From NCBI GenBank assembly GCA_049599475.1, contig JBMYOQ010000103.1, positions 1 through 12,652 on the forward strand: a stretch of DNA of 12,652 nt, given 5' to 3'. The translations under genes were made by a program, and so were the position numbers. Shown piece by piece: positions 1 through 6,528 of this stretch (positions are counted from its first letter, which is position 1; each line of letters begins with the position of its first letter). The DNA comes from Opitutales bacterium. GTDB lineage: Bacteria > Verrucomicrobiota > Verrucomicrobiia > Opitutales > JABSRG01. The notes beneath the pieces are model-generated. The model made no database searches. It was not told the DNA's origin and saw nothing but the letters and a program-made list of their open reading frames with translations.

Positions 1-46
1 CTCGCAAGGGCTCAAAAAGCTGGTTTCTCATAGGGGCATATCCTAC

Positions 47-131
47 AAGCGCCGGGTCACCGAACCGGCACGACTCCGCCTTAGCCGAATAAGCTAACGC
101 GCTTATGCCCGCTGGGTCAGCGGGCGCTACC
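47..131. repeat. Inverted pair of REP-like GC-rich palindromes (REPIN/BIME-like doublet)
   Basis: 107-130 on the minus strand reads GTAGC-GCCCGCTG-ACC-CAGCGGGC, a GTAG tetranucleotide followed by a perfect 8-bp stem. 47-69 on the plus strand reads AAGC-GCCGG-GTCACCGAA-CCGGC, similar but with a degenerate GTAG. AGCGCC (48-53) is complementary to GGCGCT (123-128). GTAG plus a palindrome is the established REP architecture; copy number cannot be seen here. Confidence 0.5.
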
Positions 132-173
132 ATTTGATGCAGGTTGAAGGTAAGTGGTTTCCGAAAATACTCT

Positions 174-199
174 GAAGGGCGAACCGTCTCGGTGAGCCG
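174..199 (+). repeat. Degenerate REP-like element
   Basis: GAAGGGCGAACCGTCTCGGTGAGCCG: GAAG (one mismatch from GTAG) followed by an imperfect palindrome (ACCG-TCT-CGGT core, GGC...GCC outer). It sits in the same intergenic region as the other REP-like units. Confidence 0.35.
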
Positions 200-323
200 A
201 TCGAGGGTCTAATACGGGGGCATCTAAAAACTGGGCTTTTCGGAGTGGCGCTCATTTTTGAAGACTACGGAGCACCCTGATAATTCCAAATTTTACCGGA
301 TGCCCGATACCTCCTCCTCCCCC

Positions 324-360
324 AAAAAAACGCCCGCTGCTTCCTGGCAACGGACGTTTT
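324..360 (-). terminator. Rho-independent terminator downstream of the phosphohexomutase gene
   Basis: Minus-strand RNA reads ACGUCCGUUGC-CAGGAA-GCAGCGGGCGU followed by a U tract (7 U in total). The 11-bp stem pairs fully, with two G-U wobbles that work only on the minus strand. It starts 43 nt after the stop at 404. Confidence 0.85.
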
Positions 361-403
361 CAAAGAAACAATTTGATTTGGGCTTCTAGGAACCCTTCGA
401 TTC

Positions 404-2368
404 CTACGCTTCAGCTCTTTCGCGAGCGTCGGATTCGATAGCTTCGCAGACAAGCTTGAGCGTCTCTTCCGTCTTAGCTTTGATCGCCTCGAGATCGCCG
501 CCTTCAGGGACATCCTCGCGCGCAAACACGTAAAACTTGATTTTGGGCTCAGTGCCGCTTCCACGGACCGCGTAGCTGTAGCCGTTGTCGAGCGTCAAGA
601 CATAGAGGTCCTGCTTCGGGATCTGCTTGCCATCGGCATCAAAGAAATCAGCACGACCAAAATCCTTGAACTCTGAGACCTTGAAATCACCGATAGACTT
701 CGGGGTATCTTCACGGTAGGAGTTCAAAATTTTCTTAATCTTCGCAGCACCACTGGCGCCTTCGTAGACGACGTTAATCAAAGTCTCTTTGTAGTAGCCA
801 TACTCCATATAAAGGCTATCGAGAAACTCTGGGACCGTCATGCCTTGATCCGCACACCAAGCTGCGACTTCGGCAAACATCAAACAGGCTCCATTCGCAT
901 CCTTGTCGCGCACGATATCGCTACCCAAGTATCCATAGCTTTCTTCGCCCCCAAAGACATAGGCTGTGCTGTAGTCCATCAGCAGCTCCAAGCGTGCCCC
1001 AGTCGTGGTATTGTCGTAATCGATGGCAATGCCCTCTTCTTCGAGGAGCTTAGCCTTCATCTCTTCTTCGTATTCACGCAGCTTCTCTCCAATGAATTTG
1101 AAGCCTGTAAGGGTGTTGATGCACTTTAGACCGTAGCGCTTGGCTATCGCATCTTGCAGAGGCGTCGTGACATAGGTCTTGATCAATGCCGCGCTTTCAG
1201 TGCCCTCTTCAGGAAGGATACCTCCCTCGATCAAAGTCAAAATACGATACTCCGCCATGAGCGAGCCAATCATATTGCCTGTCAATAGTTGAAGCTCACC
1301 TTTGCTATTCCGCACTGCGACGCCCATGCGGTCAGCATCTGGGTCGGTCGCCATGACCACGCTCGCACCAATCTCATCGGCCTTTTCCATGGCCATCGCA
1401 AGTGCCGGCGCGTTTTCCGGATTAGGTGACTTTACAGTAGGAAATCCGGAATGCATTTCATCTTGCTCCGCGACCGTTGTCACATTGACACCAAGACGCT
1501 TTAGCGCAGGCACCGTCATAATTCCACCAGTTCCGTGTATTGGCGTAAACACGACATTCAGCTTCGACTTCTCAAGGACATCTCCGTCCAACACGTTATC
1601 ATCCAAGGCTTCGAGATACGCGCTATCAACATCGGCTCCGAGAGTCGCCACGCCCGAGAGATCAACGTCCAGGTATTCGGCAACCTCATCCAGAGTCACC
1701 TTCTTCACTTCAGCGACTACATTTTCCGCGTGGGGTGACACCAATTGCCCGCCATCACCAAAGTATGCTTTAAAGCCATTGTCGTGCGGTGGATTATGAC
1801 TTGCGGTAATGACGACTCCACAGGAAGCCTTTAATTTTCGAACAGTGTAGCTCAACTGAGGTGTCGAACGGGGCCCTTCAAAAATGTATGCCTCGCCTCC
1901 CAATTTCACAAAAGTAGATGCCGCTAGCTCACAGAAAAAACGCGAGAAGTGGCGCACATCGTGTGCGATCACGATACTCGGCTTTCCATATGAGCCTGTC
2001 TCTTTGAGATACTGCTGGGTGTACCGGAAAAGTCCGATTGTCGCTTTGATAATGTTGAAATCATTCAACATATTCGTGCCGACGCCTGGATGCTCAGGAG
2101 TCCCTTGAGGACCCGGAGTACCTTTTTCTACCTCGGAAACCACACGACCAATCGTGCGCCCGCGCATACCACCGGTGCCAAAAACGATCTGTTGGTAGAA
2201 GCGATCATTCAGCTCCTCCCAAGATTCATTTGTCACGAGTTCCTCGATACTGGAACGCGCCCACTGTGGAAGTGATGATGAGCCCAGCCACTCCGATACA
2301 AATGACTCAGTGCTTTCAAGCAGCTCACCACTGGCGACTGCGTTCTTAAGGGATGCTTCAATAGACAT
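404..2368 (-). CDS. pgm: Phosphoglucomutase/phosphomannomutase (alpha-D-phosphohexomutase, PGM2-like)
   Basis: 654-aa ORF with FGTGGMRG, catalytic TASHNP, PNPE, metal-binding DPDADR, sugar-binding GGEESYG, RDKD and C-terminal RGSGTEPKIKFY motifs. Sugar specificity cannot be determined from the sequence. Confidence 0.95.
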   Translation of the reverse strand: MSIEASLKNAVASGELLESTESFVSEWLGSSSLPQWARSSIEELVTNESWEELNDRFYQQIVFGTGGMRGRTIGRVVSEVEKGTPGPQGTPEHPGVGTNMLNDFNIIKATIGLFRYTQQYLKETGSYGKPSIVIAHDVRHFSRFFCELAASTFVKLGGEAYIFEGPRSTPQLSYTVRKLKASCGVVITASHNPPHDNGFKAYFGDGGQLVSPHAENVVAEVKKVTLDEVAEYLDVDLSGVATLGADVDSAYLEALDDNVLDGDVLEKSKLNVVFTPIHGTGGIMTVPALKRLGVNVTTVAEQDEMHSGFPTVKSPNPENAPALAMAMEKADEIGASVVMATDPDADRMGVAVRNSKGELQLLTGNMIGSLMAEYRILTLIEGGILPEEGTESAALIKTYVTTPLQDAIAKRYGLKCINTLTGFKFIGEKLREYEEEMKAKLLEEEGIAIDYDNTTTGARLELLMDYSTAYVFGGEESYGYLGSDIVRDKDANGACLMFAEVAAWCADQGMTVPEFLDSLYMEYGYYKETLINVVYEGASGAAKIKKILNSYREDTPKSIGDFKVSEFKDFGRADFFDADGKQIPKQDLYVLTLDNGYSYAVRGSGTEPKIKFYVFAREDVPEGGDLEAIKAKTEETLKLVCEAIESDARERAEA

Positions 2369-2412
2369 ACTTGGTATTTTCAGGAAATTTCAAAAAGGAG
2401 GGGGCTATATAA

Positions 2413-3846
2413 TTACTTCAAATACAAACCGCTCTCTACCACTGGCTTAGACTCAAGGGCCGCCCAGCTTTTAGCAAAGGAATCGGCATCCGTCGCAAAG
2501 AGCGGACTAATCTCTAAGTCGAACTCCGGCAGACCCGTCTCATCGGTGGAGACTTCGATTCCAGCAGCACTCATCCATCGCACGAATTGGCGCATTTGGT
2601 CTTCACGCGAAGTTTTTGGAGAATCTAGCCCTTCCGCATTCTTTACAGGTGAGAAATCATCCTGCCGCAGTGTCTCAATAACTACGGGATTTTTGGCAAA
2701 TGGCAGGGCATCGAACACAAACATTTCAAACTTCACGCCATTTGGCTTTTCCGGTTTTGAGAGAGCGCCGGCTCCATCCACAAACGGAATTTTCTTATCA
2801 GCTCTATGGAAAGGCATCTTCGCATCAGAAGCGCCGGATCCCAGACGCTCGACGAACGCACGATCCAAAATGTGAATTGCAATACTACCCGCTTCAAAGC
2901 GCAAATTGCCATCAGCATCGACTTGATCGTTTAGTTCCTGAGGCATGTCACTGTATTCCACGACACAACCTTGACCGTTCAGCTCGCAAAACAATCCGAC
3001 CTTTTCCGCAGCGTAGGCTTTCTTCACCATCTTGCTGGACATCTCGGATTGACGGAGGGCATGGAAACCGACGAACGCCGGGTCAATGCAACGTACGAGT
3101 GGATTATCCACTTGGAAATAGCTGATAATATCGATCCCGCGCTCAGCCATAGCAGCTGTGGCGCCGCTCCGATAGAGCGCTCGAAGGGATCCGCCGTGCC
3201 CGTCGGGAGTCATCGCAATCTCACCCTTGCCAGAGAGGATGATTTTACCGTCATAATCCACCGCAGGCATCAGGCCTTGAGAGAAGAAGGTAACATCTTC
3301 CTTTTTCAAGCCGAGGTAATCATTCTCCTCAAAGAAAGAAACAGTAGCCTCGTGGTTGATCTTGCTCGTCATGATGAACCACGGGATCGACACGCCGTAG
3401 GCCTTGGACGCTGCGAGAATTTTTTCTGCAAAGACCTGAAAGAGCGTGTAGGCGTTGACAGGAGTCACCGGAAATGTGCCCTTGGGACCATCGTATCCAA
3501 GGCGTGTGCCCTGCCCACCCGCGACACAGAATGCGGCGACACGACCTGCTTTCAGCGCGGCTTCACCCGCAGCCTTCGCCTCGGCCCAAATTGCAGCATC
3601 GCCCCCTTGAGTTGGGTCCGCCTCGTAAGGTGAAGGCTCCAGAGCTGAGAAATCAATTTTATCCTCCCCACTCCCCTTTACCAAGGTGTCTACGAGATCT
3701 TGAACCTCCGCTAGATCGATTGAATCGGCTTGTGCTAAAAGGGCGTTTTGCTCCTCCTCACTCAGTTCATTAAACCAGGCAAACACATGTCCCTGGCCGG
3801 CGTTCTGAAAACGTTCGATTGCAGATTGGCTCGAAGTGATACTCAT
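2413..3846 (-). CDS. UDP-N-acetylglucosamine pyrophosphorylase, eukaryote-like UDPGP type 1 family
   Basis: 477-aa ORF with AGGQGTRLGYDGPKG, IPWFIMTS, PDGHG, QVDN, VVEYS, KFEMFVFD and FSPVKNA motifs typical of UAP1/AGX-type enzymes. It lacks the hexapeptide acetyltransferase domain of bacterial GlmU. Confidence 0.9.
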   Translation of the reverse strand: MSITSSQSAIERFQNAGQGHVFAWFNELSEEEQNALLAQADSIDLAEVQDLVDTLVKGSGEDKIDFSALEPSPYEADPTQGGDAAIWAEAKAAGEAALKAGRVAAFCVAGGQGTRLGYDGPKGTFPVTPVNAYTLFQVFAEKILAASKAYGVSIPWFIMTSKINHEATVSFFEENDYLGLKKEDVTFFSQGLMPAVDYDGKIILSGKGEIAMTPDGHGGSLRALYRSGATAAMAERGIDIISYFQVDNPLVRCIDPAFVGFHALRQSEMSSKMVKKAYAAEKVGLFCELNGQGCVVEYSDMPQELNDQVDADGNLRFEAGSIAIHILDRAFVERLGSGASDAKMPFHRADKKIPFVDGAGALSKPEKPNGVKFEMFVFDALPFAKNPVVIETLRQDDFSPVKNAEGLDSPKTSREDQMRQFVRWMSAAGIEVSTDETGLPEFDLEISPLFATDADSFAKSWAALESKPVVESGLYLK

Positions 3847-3992
3847 AAATCGGATTTTGAAATTCCAATGGGTTCCAGAAGGAGATTTTGGAATGACCGC
3901 CGATTGGCAAGCAAGTATCCGCTCTAGAGTGAGCTTTCACAGAATCGACGCATTGCGCCGCCGCTTCCTATCCAAACAGCGACAGGTGCAGA

Positions 3993-4310
3993 CTAGCGCT
4001 GTTCCTCTGAGGCACTGAAGCCCGCTTCTGGGATAATGAACACCCACTCATCCGAAGCCGCATAGCCCATTTTGTCCCGCACAACGTGCTCTAGGAAGGA
4101 TCGGTCCTGAGTAATCGCGTCGCGGTAGGCGTGTTGCTCGCGAATTTTGAGCTGAAGAGCCTCCTGTTGCTGGACCAATTCAAGCTTACGCTGAGATTGC
4201 GCCGACAACTGCTCGCGAGAATCGCGTGTCCAAATCCAAAAGCCTGCGATCACACACACTTCAATAATTACGAGTGCGGTAAGGAAGGATTTCTGGATCA
4301 AATGTTGCAT
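3993..4310 (-). CDS. Septum formation initiator, FtsB/DivIC family
   Basis: Short N-terminus, one TM segment (FLTALVIIEVCVIAGFWIW), a Q/E-rich coiled coil, then D..FLEHVVRDKMGYA..DEWVF, matching the FtsB/DivIC E..AR..LG....E pattern. ATG at 4310 is preferred; an alternative GTG lies at 4340. Confidence 0.8.
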   Translation of the reverse strand: MQHLIQKSFLTALVIIEVCVIAGFWIWTRDSREQLSAQSQRKLELVQQQEALQLKIREQHAYRDAITQDRSFLEHVVRDKMGYAASDEWVFIIPEAGFSASEEQR

Positions 4311-4349
4311 CAACTCGTTGAACACAAGGGAGTTTCGCACTTATTGACA

Positions 4350-4377
4350 AGCATATCTTAGTTAAAAACTTATACAA
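4350..4377 (-). promoter_or_regulatory. Candidate sigma70 promoter for the ftsB-like gene
   Basis: The minus strand reads TTGTAT-16 nt-TATGCT in the AT-rich divergent intergenic region. This is a pattern match only. Confidence 0.3.
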
Positions 4378-4522
4378 TTTTCCCTGAATTATCGGCACAG
4401 AAGGTCAACTCGGGCAGAAAGGTCCTTGTTTATACATTAAGGACCCGTCACAATGACGTCTTTAAGATCGGTAGCGATCCCGCCTCTCTATTGATTTCAA
4501 CTCCAAAAATCACTCTCCAGAT

Positions 4523-5338
4523 ATGTATCAACATTTCTATGGATTGCGAGAAATGCCCTTTCACATTACTCCCAATCCCCGATTCCTCTTTCTGAGCACC
4601 ACGCATCAGGAGGCCCTGCAGCATCTACGTTATGGAATTCAGGAGAAAAAGGGATTCATCGCGCTCTCTGGAGAAGTAGGCTGCGGAAAGACAACCCTCT
4701 GCCGCAAACTCATGGAAGAGCTCGATGCGGGAAATTACGATACAGCCCTCATCGTGAACCCTCGCGTATCGGAGACTCAACTCCTGAAGAGTATTCTTAC
4801 CGAACTCGGTGAGGAGACAAAGGCACGCTCCAAGAATGATCTCGTAAACCAGATAAACGCTACGCTTCTCCAGCGCATTGAGGCGGGACGGGAAATCGTT
4901 CTTATCGTGGACGAAGCACAGAATCTCTCCTTCGAGGTACTCGAGCAACTACGCCTACTCTCCAATTTGGAGACCGATGAACAGAAGCTCCTGCAGATTA
5001 TCCTCATGGGGCAACCGGAGCTAAAGGAAATGCTCATGCAGGATCGCTTGCGGCAATTACGACAGCGCATTTTGGTCTTCTACGAGCTTCGCAAACTGAA
5101 TTCTGACGACACGCGCGACTACATCCAACACCGCCTCACCCTATCGGGAGCGAATGGAAAACCTCGGTTCACCCCACGCGCCCTGAAGAAAATTCACAAT
5201 AGCACAAAAGGCACGCCGCGCCTGATTAATAACCTCTGCGACAAGGCCCTACTCGCCGCATTTATCCGGCAGTCCGAAACCGTCAACTGGTGGGACGTTC
5301 AAAAGGCAGCGAAAGACATTTCTCGTATCGAAAACTAG
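4523..5338 (+). CDS. ExeA/GspA/MshM-like AAA ATPase (short, soluble form)
   Basis: N-terminal MY..FYGL...PF..TPNPRFLF, Walker A GEVGCGKT, Walker B LIVDEAQNL, LRLLSNLET, LMGQPEL and G.PRLIN.LCD.ALL are all characteristic of the ExeA family. It is only 271 aa, with no TM or peptidoglycan-binding domain. Confidence 0.9.
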   Translation: MYQHFYGLREMPFHITPNPRFLFLSTTHQEALQHLRYGIQEKKGFIALSGEVGCGKTTLCRKLMEELDAGNYDTALIVNPRVSETQLLKSILTELGEETKARSKNDLVNQINATLLQRIEAGREIVLIVDEAQNLSFEVLEQLRLLSNLETDEQKLLQIILMGQPELKEMLMQDRLRQLRQRILVFYELRKLNSDDTRDYIQHRLTLSGANGKPRFTPRALKKIHNSTKGTPRLINNLCDKALLAAFIRQSETVNWWDVQKAAKDISRIEN

Positions 5339-5346
5339 ATTATCCC

Positions 5347-5871
5347 ATGGACGATCTCCCCGATTTTTCAAAGATCAAAGCTCTACTCCTCGACAGCGAT
5401 GGCATCCTGACAGATGGAGGGGTCTACATCGGTACCAGCGGTGAGCAAATGCGGCGTTTCGATATCAAAGATGGCCTGGGCCTGGTAAGACTTCAGCGCA
5501 ATGGCATTCCCGTGGGAATCATATCTGCCTCACCGGCAACGCCCGTACTCGACCGCGCCAAGACGCTGGGTATCGAGCATGCGTATGTCGGCGAAAAGGA
5601 CAAGGTAGGCCGCGCCCGCTCAATCGCCGAAGCGTGGAAGATCGATCTAAAGGACATGGCCTTCATGGGTGACGATCTCACTGACCGCCCACTTCTAGAA
5701 CTCGTGGGCACTGCTATTACTGTAGCCGACGCGGCGTCCATCATTCGAAAATCAACCGCGATTCAATATATCACTCAGGCACCGGGTGGCCATGGAGCCG
5801 TCCGCGAAGTATGCGATCTCATACTCGGACCTGAGCTCGATGCTTCAGAAGCAACTCCACCTTCAATTTAA
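5347..5871 (+). CDS. kdsC: KdsC/YrbI-family HAD phosphatase (KDO-8-P phosphatase-like)
   Basis: LLLDSDGILTDGG (DxD motif I), FDIKDGLG, MGDDLTD and GGHGAVREVCD motifs. The start is placed at ATG 5347, 8 nt after the ATPase stop, rather than the overlapping 5290. Confidence 0.85.
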   Translation: MDDLPDFSKIKALLLDSDGILTDGGVYIGTSGEQMRRFDIKDGLGLVRLQRNGIPVGIISASPATPVLDRAKTLGIEHAYVGEKDKVGRARSIAEAWKIDLKDMAFMGDDLTDRPLLELVGTAITVADAASIIRKSTAIQYITQAPGGHGAVREVCDLILGPELDASEATPPSI

Positions 5872-5895
5872 TCCTCCAACTCTCTGTTGCCCGAT

Positions 5896-6528
5896 ATGTC
5901 TCTGATTAACGACGCCCTCAAAAAGACACAGCAAGCCCGCGCCTCAGCTCAAGACGATGATTCACTCATGAATTCGCCCGGGACCACCACTACCACATCC
6001 AGCAAGAGCGGCTCCCCATGGCCATGGATATTTGGAATGGTGGCGCTTGTAGTGATCGCAGTGCCCGTCTCCATCTGGCTGCTGCAGACCAATTCCTCCG
6101 AAGACACGGTCGAGAGTAGCCCCTTGGCCGACATGGTTGTCGACAGACCCGAACCGATCGCCCAATCAGAGCCGGTGGCTCCTACTCCAGTCGCGCCGGA
6201 ACCTGCTGAGGCAGCACCCTCAACGCCAGACGCTTCAGAAGCTCAACCAACTGCGGAACCGACGCCCGAGGAAGCGCCGAAAAAACCCCAGGAAAAGACC
6301 GGACCGATTACAGCAGACCCGCGAATTGTCGAATTACTGAAGACAATCACCGTCACAGGAGTCCTGCTTTCGAATGGAACTGAAGAAAGCAAAATCTTGC
6401 TCGACGGCCAGGTATATACCAAAAATGCGATAATCGACTCTCAACTGAGCTGTCGAATCGCCGAAATTAATCAGAATTCAGTAGTTTTCACCGATGAGTC
6501 AGGAGTCCGATACACAAAACGATTCTAA
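5896..6528 (+). CDS. ExeB/GspB-like bitopic membrane protein
   Basis: N-terminal MSLINDALKK resembles the MS.I..ALKK start of GspB/ExeB proteins. It is followed by one TM helix (WIFGMVALVVIAVPVSIWL), a Pro/Glu/Ala linker and a ~70-aa beta-rich C-terminal domain, and lies downstream of an ExeA-like gene. Confidence 0.7.
   Translation: MSLINDALKKTQQARASAQDDDSLMNSPGTTTTTSSKSGSPWPWIFGMVALVVIAVPVSIWLLQTNSSEDTVESSPLADMVVDRPEPIAQSEPVAPTPVAPEPAEAAPSTPDASEAQPTAEPTPEEAPKKPQEKTGPITADPRIVELLKTITVTGVLLSNGTEESKILLDGQVYTKNAIIDSQLSCRIAEINQNSVVFTDESGVRYTKRF

Noticed and set aside
265..564. 99-aa minus-strand ORF
   Set aside because: It overlaps the pgm 3' end out of frame and runs through its terminator; the Arg/Ser-rich composition suggests a shadow ORF.
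845..3773. Multiple alternative ORFs within pgm and the pyrophosphorylase (e.g. 1302-1799, 2971-3633 on the plus strand)
   Set aside because: They are antisense or off-frame shadows of well-supported genes and have no recognisable motifs.
4344..4378. Plus-strand sigma70 promoter from a perfect TTGACA (4344-4349)
   Set aside because: The best -10 (TACAAT, 4373-4378) is 23 nt away, outside the usual 16-18 spacing.
4385..4480. c-di-GMP riboswitch upstream of the filament genes
   Set aside because: The context is plausible, but the GEMM-type conserved elements (GNRA-capped P2 with its receptor stem) cannot be matched.
5290..5346. N-terminal extension of the KdsC-like ORF
   Set aside because: It overlaps the ATPase gene by 49 nt, and family similarity begins after ATG 5347.
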